This document shows positions 18,168 through 29,846 of a DNA stretch of 64,000 nucleotides, piece after piece. Positions within the stretch are counted from its first letter, which is position 1, and each line of letters opens with the position of its first letter. This stretch comes from Dehalococcoidia bacterium. Lineage in GTDB: Bacteria; Chloroflexota; Dehalococcoidia; Bin125. Location of the stretch: positions 1,081,390 to 1,145,389 of the forward strand of contig OZ241913.1 of NCBI GenBank assembly GCA_965203775.1, read 5' to 3'. Under the pieces are notes generated by a model. That model had not been told where the DNA came from, did not search any database, and saw only the letters and a list, made by a program, of their open reading frames with translations. The translations under genes and the position numbers were made by a program.

Positions 18168-19470
18168 CGCCCCCTCCTTGCCGCTGCTGCGGCTCAGCAT
18201 ATTCCGCCTCCGCGAGGTCGCAGATCAGCCGCAGCAGCGTCCGCAGCGAGCGCGTCCGATCCCGCGGCGAAAACCACTCCCGCGTGCTGTGCTGCTCGTC
18301 CGAGCGCCCGCCCCAACTCAGCGCAATCGCCGCCACTCCCGCCGCATACGCCGCGTTCGCGTCCGTCGAGGCCGCGCTCAGGCACGGCGTCAGACCTTCC
18401 GCCTGTAGCGCAGCGATCGCGGCGCGCACAAGCGGCGCATCGGCGTCGATCCGCCCCGCCGGACGCTCGCCGATCGATTCCACAAGCGGCGGCCGCGCGC
18501 CCTCCGGCCGTCGCGCCGCCTCCGCCTCATGCCCGCGCCGCACCGCCTCGAGAAACGCCGCGTCCAGCTCGGCCAGCGCCTCCGCGCTCTCGCTGCGCAG
18601 ATCCGCTTGCAACGACGCCGACTCGGGGATCGCGTTCACGCTCCCCGGCGCCGAAACCACCCCGATGTTGTACGTCGTGCGCGGCGTCTCCGGCAGCCGC
18701 AGCGCGCCCAGGCGCTCCGCCGCCCCGCCCAGCGCAAACGCCGGGTTGTAGCGCCCCGCGTGCGCCCACGAGTGCCCGCCCGCCCCGCGAAACTCCACCG
18801 CGTAGCGCCGCGAGCCCACCCCGCGATGCACAATCATCCCCGGCTCCGAGTGATCAATCGTCGCAAACGCCGCCGCCGAGCGCCCCCGCTCCGACGCGAA
18901 GAAATGCCGCGCCCCGCGTAGATCGCCCCGCCCCTCCTCCCCCACCGTCGCCAGAAACACCAGCGGACGCCTCAGCCGAATTTCCCCCGCCTCAAGCGCC
19001 CGCGCCAGCGCCAGCATCGCCGCCAAACCCGCCGCCGCGTCCGAAATCCCCGGCGCGTGATACTCCCCCGCCGGCGTCGGCTCTCCGCCGCGGTACGGAT
19101 TCGGCTCGCCCGGCCGTGCCACCCGCACCGCCTGATCCGCCCCAAACACCGTGTCCAAATGCGACGAGATCACAATCGCCGCGCCGCCGCGCGTTCCCGC
19201 CCGCTCTCCAATCACGTTCCCCACCGCGCCGCCATGCGTTCCCGCCCGCTCTCCAATCACATTTCCCACCGCGCCGCCATGCGTTCCCACCCGCTCTCCG
19301 ATCACATTCCCCACCGCGTCCCGCTCCACCCGCGTCCCGATCACGTTCCCCACCGCGTCGCGTTCCACCCGCAGCCCGATCGCCGCCATTCGCGCCGCCA
19401 CCGCGTCCGCGCGCGCCGCCTCCGCCCCCGTCGGCGCCGCAATCTCGCACAGCCCAATCTGCTCGGCCAT
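18142..19470 (-). CDS. M20 family metallopeptidase (ArgE/DapE/peptidase-T-like) containing an in-frame 42-bp tandem repeat
   Basis: HxD ... GEEG M20 signatures (SSHLDTV, FLATVGEEG). ATG at 19468-19470. The upstream part of the 6-frame ORF is repeat-derived. Confidence 0.65.
   Translation of the reverse strand: MAEQIGLCEIAAPTGAEAARADAVAARMAAIGLRVERDAVGNVIGTRVERDAVGNVIGERVGTHGGAVGNVIGERAGTHGGAVGNVIGERAGTRGGAAIVISSHLDTVFGADQAVRVARPGEPNPYRGGEPTPAGEYHAPGISDAAAGLAAMLALARALEAGEIRLRRPLVFLATVGEEGRGDLRGARHFFASERGRSAAAFATIDHSEPGMIVHRGVGSRRYAVEFRGAGGHSWAHAGRYNPAFALGGAAERLGALRLPETPRTTYNIGVVSAPGSVNAIPESASLQADLRSESAEALAELDAAFLEAVRRGHEAEAARRPEGARPPLVESIGERPAGRIDADAPLVRAAIAALQAEGLTPCLSAASTDANAAYAAGVAAIALSWGGRSDEQHSTREWFSPRDRTRSLRTLLRLICDLAEAEYAEPQQRQGGGDGRRSAGL
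19190..19400 (-). repeat. in-frame tandem repeat (about 42 bp, roughly 4 copies) inside the M20 peptidase gene, encoding (A/V)GTHGGAVGNVIGER units
   Basis: Protein shows VERDAVGNVIGTRVERDAVGNVIGERVGTHGGAVGNVIGERAGTHGGAVGNVIGERAGTRGG. Confidence 0.8.
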
Positions 19471-19559
19471 AATCTCGGCCTCACGATCGGCCAACCAAAC
19501 GCCAGCCCGGCGCAGCGCTTCAGGCAAACTACTCACGCCCGCCACACTAAGCCCTGTCC

Positions 19560-19875
19560 ACACTTCCGTCACACCCGCGCCCCCTCCGTCATTCCTGCGC
19601 AGGCAGGAACCCGCGCCCCTCCCCGTCATTCCTGCGCAGGCAGGAACCCGCGCCCCTCTCGTCACACCTGCGCAGGCAGGAACCCGCACCCCTCCCCGTC
19701 ACACCCGCGCAGGCAGGAACCCGCACCCCTCCCCGTCACACCCGCGCAGGCAGGAACCCGCACCCCCTCCGCCATCCCAGCCCCCCCTTCCGTCATTCCT
19801 GCGTAGGCAGGAACCCGCACCCCCTCCGTCACCCCCGCACCCCTCCCCGTCATTCCTGCGCAGGCAGGAACACCG
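19560..19875. repeat. REP-like module-A minisatellite (7 copies, about 41 bp period)
   Basis: GTCAT(T/A)CC(T/C)GCGCAGGCAGGAACCCGC(G/A)CCCCTCCCC repeated. Confidence 0.9.
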
Positions 19876-19877
19876 CA

Positions 19878-20330
19878 TCACACCCCAAGCGCCTCAAACA
19901 CAGCCTGAAACTGATTGAGATCAGCCGGCTGATAAAACGGAATCGCCAGCACCACCAGCCCCCCCGCGTCGGCCGCAAAGGCCGCCCTCGCGCTCCGACC
20001 CGCCGCCTCGTCCGCCACACCGAACGCTCGCGCCGCCTCCAACTGCGGATCGCTGAACAGCGGAAACGGAAAACCCTGCGCCGACGCAAAGCGCCGCTGC
20101 GACTCCACATCGTCCGCGCTGATCGCCGCCACCGACGCGCCCAACTCCGCGATCAGCTCCCACTCGTCGCGGAACGCGCACAACTGCGTCGTGCAGGTCG
20201 GCGTGGCATCCTCCCGATAGAACAGCACCAACAGCGGCCCACTGCCCAGCAGATCGTGCAGCGCCAGCGCTCCCTGCGGCCCCTGCAGCGTCGGATTGGG
20301 CAGGCGATCGCCCACCGCAAGCGCCGTCAC
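19878..20330 (-). CDS. peroxiredoxin (AhpC/TSA-Bcp-like thiol peroxidase)
   Basis: LVLFYREDATPTCTTQLCAF redoxin motif with peroxidatic Cys. Confidence 0.75.
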   Translation of the reverse strand: MTALAVGDRLPNPTLQGPQGALALHDLLGSGPLLVLFYREDATPTCTTQLCAFRDEWELIAELGASVAAISADDVESQRRFASAQGFPFPLFSDPQLEAARAFGVADEAAGRSARAAFAADAGGLVVLAIPFYQPADLNQFQAVFEALGV

Positions 20331-21433
20331 GACGCGCCACTCCCCAACCCCGGCAACTCCCCAATCGCCCCCCGCGTCGCCGCCATCACCCTAATCCGCC
20401 CCAACCCCTCGGCGTCGCTCAGCGCCTCCAGCGCCCGCCGCGCCGCGAGCCGCGCCCGCGCATCCTCAACCTCCTCCAACAGCCCGCCCCCAATCTCCCC
20501 CAACCACTCGGCCTGGCTGCGCGGCGCGCGCCAGTCCAGCCCGGCCGCCTCAACCGCCTCGCGCGCCTGATCGATGTCGATGTGGCAGCTGATGTCCTGC
20601 TCGCCCGCGTAGGCGTAGGGATCCTCCCCCGGCGCATGCCGCCGAAACGTCATCAGCGTCCCCCCCAGCCGCCGCGAGTCGTACAGCTGCGCGCGCGGAT
20701 ACCCGTAGTCGAACAGCAGCAGCAGCCCCTCGCCCAGCAGGCCGGCGAGCGACCCCACGATCGCTCCGCGCGCCGGCGACACCTCCGCAATCTGTCCCGG
20801 CGCAGCCGCGACGCCCCGCAGCGGCGCCAACAGCCGCGCGTCGCGGACCGGCGCGGGCGCATCGCAGAACCTCCCGTCGCCGTCGCAATCCACCAACAAC
20901 TCCGACCAGCCCTCCTCCCCGAACCGCAGCCGATGCGCCGGCTGCGCATCCAACAACTCGTTCGCCAGCACCAGATGCGCCCCGCCCGCCGCTTCCCCAA
21001 TCTCCCGCCGCCACTCCACCACAGCGCGCGCGCCCGCCAGACGGGCCCGCTGGCGCTCGACTGCGGCTTCGTCGCCCTCGATCAGCGTCAGCGAGATCGG
21101 CGCGGCGAGCGCCTCCAGCAGCGACTCCGCCAGCGCGCCCGTGCCCGGCCCAACCTCCACAATCCGAAGCGGATTGGGACGCCTCAGCGCCTCATGAACC
21201 GCCCCCGCAACCTTCCCCACCGCCGCGCCGAACAGCGGATGCAGCTCAGGGCTGGTCAGAAAATCTCCATCCGGACCGACCGTCGGCCGCCCCCGCCGGT
21301 AGTAGCCCCGCCCCGGCTCGTAGAGCGCCGCGCCCATCCACTCCGCATACGTGATCGGCCCGCCCGCGCGAATGCGCGCGCAAAGCAGCCGCGCCAGCGG
21401 CGTGGCTGCGGCGGCCCCTGCGGCCGGCGGCAT
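20327..21433 (-). CDS. class I SAM-dependent methyltransferase, MidA/NDUFAF7 (DUF185) family
   Basis: ITYAEWMGAALYEPGRGYY ... IVEVGPGTGALA. ATG at 21431-21433. Confidence 0.7.
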   Translation of the reverse strand: MPPAAGAAAATPLARLLCARIRAGGPITYAEWMGAALYEPGRGYYRRGRPTVGPDGDFLTSPELHPLFGAAVGKVAGAVHEALRRPNPLRIVEVGPGTGALAESLLEALAAPISLTLIEGDEAAVERQRARLAGARAVVEWRREIGEAAGGAHLVLANELLDAQPAHRLRFGEEGWSELLVDCDGDGRFCDAPAPVRDARLLAPLRGVAAAPGQIAEVSPARGAIVGSLAGLLGEGLLLLFDYGYPRAQLYDSRRLGGTLMTFRRHAPGEDPYAYAGEQDISCHIDIDQAREAVEAAGLDWRAPRSQAEWLGEIGGGLLEEVEDARARLAARRALEALSDAEGLGRIRVMAATRGAIGELPGLGSGAS

Positions 21434-21458
21434 CGCGCCAGTCGTCCCGACCGGAAAC

Positions 21459-21971
21459 TCAGCCGCCCACGCCCAGCACCGACACGCTGACCGTGCGATC
21501 CCGCGCATCGTCCAGCTCCACCAGAAAGATGCTCTGGTACTCGCCGATGTGCAGCTCCCCGTTCAGCACGGGCAGCGTCTCGCTCGTCCCCAGCAGCATG
21601 TGCTGGCAGTGCGAGTGGCCGTTCTCCGGCTCGTTCTCGTGCATGTTCACCGTGCGAATCGCGAAGTCGTTGTGCCGGTAGTACGCGCCCTCAGGCGCGA
21701 ACGCCGCCAGCCGGTCGCGCAGGTCCTCGAGCAGCAGCGGCTCGTGCTCCTGCAGAATGATCGCCGCCGTCGTGTGCTGCGAAAACACCGAAACCTGGCC
21801 GTAGGCAACTCCCGACTCGCGCAGAATCGCGCGCACATCGTCGGTGATGTCCAGGAACCACGGTCCGCACTCCGTGCGGTACCGCAACTCCTCATGCGCA
21901 TGCCGAAAGGCCGGGGGATCGGAGGCGGGCGCAGCAACCGGCAGCGGCCGGATTGCCGTGGCTCTGGCCAT
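21459..21971 (-). CDS. YjbQ/UPF0047 family protein (secondary thiamine-phosphate synthase-like)
   Basis: GQVSVFSQHTTAAIILQE ... NGHSHCQHMLLG conserved YjbQ motifs. Confidence 0.7.
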   Translation of the reverse strand: MARATAIRPLPVAAPASDPPAFRHAHEELRYRTECGPWFLDITDDVRAILRESGVAYGQVSVFSQHTTAAIILQEHEPLLLEDLRDRLAAFAPEGAYYRHNDFAIRTVNMHENEPENGHSHCQHMLLGTSETLPVLNGELHIGEYQSIFLVELDDARDRTVSVSVLGVGG

Positions 21972-22086
21972 TCTCCTCCTCGAATTTCACGAACTGCAAG
22001 ATGATCGGGATGAGATGAGATCGATGCGCCCCCGGGTTGCAGCAGTCCCGCACGCGCCCCACCAGTATAGCGATCTTCCCGCCGCC

Positions 22087-22944
22087 TCACCCGCCGCCCA
22101 GCTGCCGCCTCACCCGCTGCACGATCGCCCCCACCCGATTCGCGTCCGCCGCGTTCTCCGCATGCTCCTGGTAGAGCTCCAAATCCTCCAGCGCGGCCTC
22201 CAGCGAACCCAGCTCAAAATGCAGCAGACCCCGATCACGCCGCTCCTCCAGCGCCCACGGCGTCAGCGCCAGCAGATATTCCGTCGTCTCCAGCGCCTCC
22301 CCGAACTGCCGCTTCCGCACGCACGCCCCCTTCAGATTGGTCAGAATCCGCTGCAAAATCTGCCGCTTCGTCACCCCGCTCAGAAACGCCTCCGCGCTCG
22401 GCCCCGCCTGCGGATTCGTCTGCCGCAGCCGCGCCGCCAACTGCTCGCGGTCGATCGACCGGCCCTCGTGAAACGGATCCAGATAGTGCTCCCCCCGCTC
22501 ATCCTCAAACTTCACCAGAAAGTGAAACGGCGCGCCCACCCCCTGCAGCGCAATCCCCGCCCGCCGCCCCGCCTCGATCATGATCACCGCCAGCGTGATC
22601 GGCATCCCCCGCTCCGTCTCCAGCGCCCGGTGCAGGCAGCAGTTCGCCGGCTCGTAATACGTCTCCGTGTCGCCCCGAAAGCGGCGCCGCTGGAACAGCG
22701 TCTCGCACAGCGCCTCAACCGCGCCGACCGCGCCGGGCGCCGCGGCCGTCTCATCCGCCAGGGCTTGCAACCGGTTCAGCGCCGCCAGCGCGTCGAGCTT
22801 CGGATCCACAATCCGGCCGATCTGCAGGCAGGCCAGATCGAGCCGCAGCGCCGCGTCGGGTCCCTGCGCAATCTGCCCGAACTGCGCCGCGCGGCGCTTC
22901 GCCGCCCAGCGATCCACGGAACTCGGGTCGGGATTTACACGCAC
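22087..22944 (-). CDS. transglutaminase-like (Transglut_core2) / TPR protein of the SirB1/UPF0162 type
   Basis: YYEPANCCLHRALETERGMPITLAVIMIE and C-terminal TPR-like helices. Confidence 0.6.
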   Translation of the reverse strand: MRVNPDPSSVDRWAAKRRAAQFGQIAQGPDAALRLDLACLQIGRIVDPKLDALAALNRLQALADETAAAPGAVGAVEALCETLFQRRRFRGDTETYYEPANCCLHRALETERGMPITLAVIMIEAGRRAGIALQGVGAPFHFLVKFEDERGEHYLDPFHEGRSIDREQLAARLRQTNPQAGPSAEAFLSGVTKRQILQRILTNLKGACVRKRQFGEALETTEYLLALTPWALEERRDRGLLHFELGSLEAALEDLELYQEHAENAADANRVGAIVQRVRRQLGGG

Positions 22945-23063
22945 GTTGCGAATCTCCGCGTGTCAGCCGCGAGGCTAACAGCCTCGCGCCCCTGCGCCGC
23001 ATTATGCTGGCACAGACAAATCGCGCTACCGCGAAATGTGCTCCCAGGAGGCCGCCCCGCGCT

Positions 23064-24527
23064 ATGGCCAAGGCACAGACGACCCGCACCGGTCTGCCGC
23101 TCGACCGCAAGGCGCGCCTCCGGATCCCCCCGCATCACGTCACCAAACAGACGCCCCACGAGCGCGTCCATAACTGGGACGAGGTCTATTACGGCTACAC
23201 CGCCGGCCCCGCCATGTTCGAGGCCCAGCGCTGCATCCAGTGCCCCGCCGCGCCTTGCACCAAAGCCTGCCCCATCGACAACGACATCCCCGGCGCGCTC
23301 GCCTTCCTCGAAGTCGGCAAGCTCGCCGACGCCGCAGCCGTCTTCCGCCAGACCAGCGAAATGCCCGAACTCTGCGGACGCCTCTGCCCCCAGGAAGCGC
23401 TCTGCGAGGGCGTCTGCGTCGTCGGCAAAAAGGCCAAACCCGTCGCCATCGGCAAGCTCGAAGCCTTCCTCGGCGACTGGGACCGCGGCCGGCGCGGCGG
23501 CTTCCCCATCCCCGCTCCCGAGCGCGAGAGCGGCCGGCGCGTCGCCGTCGTCGGCTCCGGCCCCGCCGGGCTGGCCGTCGCCGAAGCCATGCGCGCCGCC
23601 GGACACGCCGTCACCGTCTTCGAAGCCTGGCCCGCCGCCGGCGGCGTCCTCCGCTACGGCATCCCCAACTTCAAATCCGCCAAAGACATCGTCGACGAAA
23701 AAGTCGAAGCGCTCCGCGCCGCCGGCGTCGAATTCCGCTTCGAGACCCGCGTCGGGCAGGAAGTGACCTGGGACGACCTCGACGACTGGGACGCGGTCTT
23801 CCTCGGCCACGGCGCGGGCGCCGGCAAACGCCTCCGCCTCGAAGGCGAAGAACTCGCCTTCGTCTACTCCGCCACCGAATTCCTCGTCCGCGCCAACCTC
23901 CCCGCCGCCGAACTGCCCGCCGCCATGCGCAGCCGACCCGAAGCCGAAGGCAAGCGCGTCGTCGTGGTCGGCGGCGGCGACACCTCCATGGACTGCGTCC
24001 GCTCCGCAATCCGCCTCGGCGCGTCCCATGTCACCCTGCTCTACCGCCGCACCGAAAACGAAATGCAGGGACGCCTCGAAGAACGCACCCACGCCCGCGA
24101 AGAAGGCGTCAGCTTTGAATACCTCACCACCCCCGTCCGACTGCTCGGCAAAGACGGCCATGTCGCCGCCGTCGAATGCGTCCGCATGACCCTCGGCGAA
24201 CCCGACGACAGCGGCCGCCGCCGCCCCATCCCCCACCAGGGCTCCGAATTCATCCTCGACGCCGATGTCGTCGTCGTCGCCGTCGGCTACGACGTCAGCC
24301 GCGAGCTCTACGAAGACTCCGGCATCGACGTCAACGACTGGGGCGAAGTCCTGGTAGACGAGGCCGGCCGCACCTCCCGCCCCGGCGTCTTCGCCGCCGG
24401 CGACAACGTCCACGGCGCAGACCTCGTCGTCACCGCCCTCAGCAGCGCCCACGCCGCCATCCCCACCATGCAAGAGTGGCTCGCCGACCACCTCGCCCCC
24501 GCCGCCGCCCCCACAGCCGCCGGCTAG
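23064..24527 (+). CDS. glutamate synthase small-subunit (GltD)-like NAD(P)H-dependent FAD/Fe-S oxidoreductase
   Basis: N-terminal Cys cluster (CIQCPAAPCTKACP), two dinucleotide-binding sites (VVGSGPAGLA and VVVVGGGDTSMDC). CAGGAGG SD. Confidence 0.8.
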   Translation: MAKAQTTRTGLPLDRKARLRIPPHHVTKQTPHERVHNWDEVYYGYTAGPAMFEAQRCIQCPAAPCTKACPIDNDIPGALAFLEVGKLADAAAVFRQTSEMPELCGRLCPQEALCEGVCVVGKKAKPVAIGKLEAFLGDWDRGRRGGFPIPAPERESGRRVAVVGSGPAGLAVAEAMRAAGHAVTVFEAWPAAGGVLRYGIPNFKSAKDIVDEKVEALRAAGVEFRFETRVGQEVTWDDLDDWDAVFLGHGAGAGKRLRLEGEELAFVYSATEFLVRANLPAAELPAAMRSRPEAEGKRVVVVGGGDTSMDCVRSAIRLGASHVTLLYRRTENEMQGRLEERTHAREEGVSFEYLTTPVRLLGKDGHVAAVECVRMTLGEPDDSGRRRPIPHQGSEFILDADVVVVAVGYDVSRELYEDSGIDVNDWGEVLVDEAGRTSRPGVFAAGDNVHGADLVVTALSSAHAAIPTMQEWLADHLAPAAAPTAAG

Positions 24528-24681
24528 CCCCCCAACCATCATTCCTGCGCAGGCAGGAACCCGCGCCCCCTCTCCGTCATTCCTGCGCAGGCAGGAACCT
24601 GCCACCCCCTCCCGTCATTCCTGCGCAGGCAGGAACCCGCGCCCCCTCTCCGTCATTCCTGCGCAGGCAGGAACCCACGCC

Positions 24682-25164
24682 CTAGCCGGAAAAGCGCCAG
24701 CGGGTGGCGTTGCTCGGGAAGCCCGCCTCACTCCAGGCGATCGCTTTGCGCAGCTCCAGACGGAAAACGGGAAAGCCCTCCGCCATCGGCGGCATCTCGT
24801 ACTTCTCGTTGAACGCCTTCAGCACCGCGGGGCTGAGCGGAAGCTGATCGAACCGCCCGTCGAGCAACACCACATCGTCGCCGCTCTCAAGATGGACGGC
24901 CGCGCGCGGATCGCGCGCAATGTTCTTCGCCGTCAGCGACTCCACATCAGTCAGAAAGTGAAACGCATCCTCCGCCCAGACGCCCCAGACAGGCACCGAA
25001 TGCGGCCGCCCCGACGGGCGCGTAGTGGCGATCCAGTAGTTCCGCTCGCCCGCAAACCGCTCAACCACATCGCTCCAGGCAATCGGCGTAAACGGGTGGT
25101 CAGGGTCCCCCAGCCCAAAGCTGGGCGGCATCTCCGGGCGATCAGGCTGAGGCGCTTGGGGCAT
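24682..25164 (-). CDS. pyridoxamine 5'-phosphate oxidase family (PPOX-class FMN/F420-binding) protein
   Basis: Split-barrel family signature region. GGAGG SD before the ATG at 25162-25164. Confidence 0.6.
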   Translation of the reverse strand: MPQAPQPDRPEMPPSFGLGDPDHPFTPIAWSDVVERFAGERNYWIATTRPSGRPHSVPVWGVWAEDAFHFLTDVESLTAKNIARDPRAAVHLESGDDVVLLDGRFDQLPLSPAVLKAFNEKYEMPPMAEGFPVFRLELRKAIAWSEAGFPSNATRWRFSG

Positions 25165-25199
25165 CGCAATTCCTCCACCCAGCAAGTCTAACAAGCAGA

Positions 25200-25745
25200 A
25201 TCACTCACAGTCGCACCAGTGATTCGCCCACCCCCTCCCCAACCGTCATTCCTGCGCCCCCCATTCCGTCATTCCTGCGCAGGCAGGAACCCAACTCTCC
25301 CCCACACTCCGCACCCACCCCCCTCCCCAATTCATCCCTCCCCCCTTCCAGGGGGGAGGTTAGGTGGGGGGTGGGAGCCCCGAGCAACCACCAGCCCCCA
25401 CTCACACCACCGCCACCCCCCTCCCCCATCCGCCATCCCCGCGCCCTCCCAACCGTCATCCCTGCGCAGGCAGGAACCCTGCTCTCCCCGACACTCCGCA
25501 CCCACCCCCTTCCCCAATTCATCCCTCCCCCCTACCAGGGGGGAGGTTAGGTGGGGGGTGGGAGCCCCGAGCAACCACCAGCCCCCACTCACACCACCGC
25601 CCCCCTCCCCCAACCGCCATCCCCGCGCCCCCCAACCGCCATCCTCATCCGCCATCCCCGCGCCCTCCCAACCGTCATCCCTGCGCCCCCCAACCGTCAT
25701 TCCTGCGCAGGCAGGAACCGCGCAGAAACACCAGCACCCCAACCC
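25200..25745. repeat. composite REP-like array (modules A and B, multiple copies)
   Basis: Two A+B units plus an extra A copy. Confidence 0.9.
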
Positions 25746-25747
25746 CC

Positions 25748-26164
25748 CTACACCACCTCACCCAGCGCGTCGTAAGTACCGAGATACCAAAGATTCCCCT
25801 CCGGGTCCGCCAGCGTGAACGCATGCGAACCATAGCCCGTGTCCTCCAGCGGCTGCATCACCGTCGCCCCGGCCGCCTGCGCGCGCGCGTAAATTTCGTC
25901 CACCTGCGCCGCGGACTCAGCGGTCAGATTGACCGAGCCATGGCGGTAGGAAAGGTCGTACCAGACCTCAGACTCCGGCTCCACCGAGCCGAGCATGATC
26001 AGACTGCCGCGCCACTCAATCTGCGCGTGATCGATCCGCCCGTCCTCGCCGGGCGCTACGAAATGCTCGGTCATACCGAAGATCTCGCGCAGCCAGGCGA
26101 TCGCGGCGGGCGCGTCGGCATAGCGCAGGCTGGGAATCACGGTCTGGCGGGATGCGTCGGGCAT
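25748..26164 (-). CDS. VOC (glyoxalase/bleomycin-resistance/dioxygenase) family protein
   Basis: 138 aa. Tandem paralog of the next gene. Confidence 0.7.
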   Translation of the reverse strand: MPDASRQTVIPSLRYADAPAAIAWLREIFGMTEHFVAPGEDGRIDHAQIEWRGSLIMLGSVEPESEVWYDLSYRHGSVNLTAESAAQVDEIYARAQAAGATVMQPLEDTGYGSHAFTLADPEGNLWYLGTYDALGEVV

Positions 26165-26170
26165 GGCGCG

Positions 26171-26590
26171 TCACTCCATCGGCGCAAGCGGATCGTAGGT
26201 GCCGAAATGCCACATGTTGCCCTCAGGGTCCGCGGCGGTGAAGGCGTGCGAGCCGTAGTCGGTGTCCTCCAGCGGCACGGCAATCTTCGCGCCCGCGGCC
26301 TGCGCGCGCGCGTACAGCTCGTCGACCTGCGCCGCCGACTCGGCGGCGAGGCTGACCGAGGCGTGCCCCGCCGTGTGGCTGAGGAAATCATGCCCCGCAA
26401 CGCCCCGCTGCGAGCCCAGCATCACCAGACTGCCGCGCCACTCCAGCTGCGCGTGATCAATCCGCCCGCCCTCGCCAGGCACGACGAAATGCTCGTTGAA
26501 GCCGAACGTGTCGCAGAGCCAGGCAATCGCGGCGGGCGCGTCGGCGTAGCGCAGCGCGGGGATGATCGTCTGGTGCGGTGTCTCGCTCAT
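26171..26590 (-). CDS. VOC family protein (tandem paralog)
   Basis: 139 aa. Roughly 60% identical to the preceding ORF. Confidence 0.7.
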   Translation of the reverse strand: MSETPHQTIIPALRYADAPAAIAWLCDTFGFNEHFVVPGEGGRIDHAQLEWRGSLVMLGSQRGVAGHDFLSHTAGHASVSLAAESAAQVDELYARAQAAGAKIAVPLEDTDYGSHAFTAADPEGNMWHFGTYDPLAPME

Positions 26591-26603
26591 GGCTGGCCTC
26601 CGT

Positions 26604-28688
<2,085 letters not shown>

Positions 28689-28838
28689 GAATGCTCCATC
28701 ACAGGACCCGCGTTGGACCCACGTAGCGCCCAAGCTAACAGCGCGCCCGCAGATCGCCATCGCCGCGCAGAGCAACGGCGGGCGGTGGGCGCAGGAATGA
28801 CGGAAGGGGCGCGAGGGTGAGGGAAGTGTGAACAGGGC

Positions 28839-29759
28839 TTAGACCGGCTCGCCGATTAGGTAGCGGCCTACTGCTTGCTCGAACTCGCGGGTTTCTGGCT
28901 CGCTGAGATCGCGGTAGGGGGGGCGTGCGTGGGTTAGCGGCAGGCCGCTGGTGAAGGCGAGCAGCTGCTTCAGCGCGCCGACTTTGGGGAATGAGTTCAG
29001 GATTGCGTGCAGCTCGTTCAGCTGGCGCTGGGGGCGCTCCGCGTCGCCGCCGTTGCGGTGCGCGTACTGGATCGTGCTGACCAGCGCCGGCACCGCGTTG
29101 GCCAGGCCCGACACCCCGCCCACGCAGCCCACGCCGTAGAGCGCGGCGTGCGCCTGATCCGCCCCCGCCATCACGCGGAACTCGCTGCCCGGGCCGCTTT
29201 CGGGTACCAGCTCGAGATAGCGGCGGGTGCGCTCCGCGTCGCCCGACGAGTCCTTGATCCCCGCCAGCAGATCGCCGTGCAGCTCCAGCAGCGCCAGCAG
29301 CACCTCGTCCGGGATGTCGAGCCCGGCCTGGGGCGGGATGTTGTAGAGCAGCGCCTTTGCGCCGCCCGGCAGCGACTCGAGCACCGTCGAAAACCAGTTG
29401 ACCAGCCCCTGCGCCTCGATGTTTTTGAAGAAGTAGGGCGGCAGCAGCGCGACGGCGTGCGCGCCGGCGTCGAGCGCCTCGTTGGCCGCGCGGATCGTGT
29501 CCGGCAGCGAGACCATCGTCGCGCCCGCCACGACCGTCATCCCGCCCGCGGCAGCGGCGACCGCCGCAATCAGCCGGCGGCGCTCCTCCAGCCCCACCGA
29601 CGGGCCCTCGCCGTTGGTGCCCAGCGTGAGCACCCCGTCGATCCCGAAGCCGCGCAGCCATTCGAGGTGACCGGCTACCCACTCCAGATCCAGCTCCGCG
29701 CCGTTGCGCGTAAACGGCGTCACCTGCGCGACCATCAGACCGTCCAGATTGAGCGTCAT
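28839..29759 (-). CDS. DapA/NAL family lyase (dihydrodipicolinate synthase-like)
   Basis: VAQVTPF ... GTNGE motifs. ATG at 29757-29759. Confidence 0.7.
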   Translation of the reverse strand: MTLNLDGLMVAQVTPFTRNGAELDLEWVAGHLEWLRGFGIDGVLTLGTNGEGPSVGLEERRRLIAAVAAAAGGMTVVAGATMVSLPDTIRAANEALDAGAHAVALLPPYFFKNIEAQGLVNWFSTVLESLPGGAKALLYNIPPQAGLDIPDEVLLALLELHGDLLAGIKDSSGDAERTRRYLELVPESGPGSEFRVMAGADQAHAALYGVGCVGGVSGLANAVPALVSTIQYAHRNGGDAERPQRQLNELHAILNSFPKVGALKQLLAFTSGLPLTHARPPYRDLSEPETREFEQAVGRYLIGEPV

Positions 29760-29846
29760 TGTCGCCTCCGCCCCCGCAGCGTAGCGGCGCGGCGCCCACA
29801 CTCCGTCTGTGCTCTGCTTGCGTTCGGCCTACAGTCCGCAGCAGCG

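Noticed and set aside
17004-19472. Very long ORFs antisense to annotated genes (e.g. 17004..19472 + 822 aa, 1956..3338 -, 21844..23766 +, 22935..24605 -, 26562..28820 +, 29829..31475 -, 41483..44035 -, 45755..48004 -)
   Set aside because: They have Arg/Pro/Ala-rich low-complexity composition typical of shadow ORFs in >70% GC DNA. In every case the opposite strand encodes a protein with clear family signatures.
19560-19875. CRISPR-like regular array of a 23-24 bp palindromic repeat with about 41 bp period (also 16390-16625 and 56730-57000)
   Set aside because: The spacers are only 7-21 bp and nearly identical to each other. The same repeat is dispersed singly at many gene ends. No cas genes are present. 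This is a REP-like minisatellite, not a CRISPR array.
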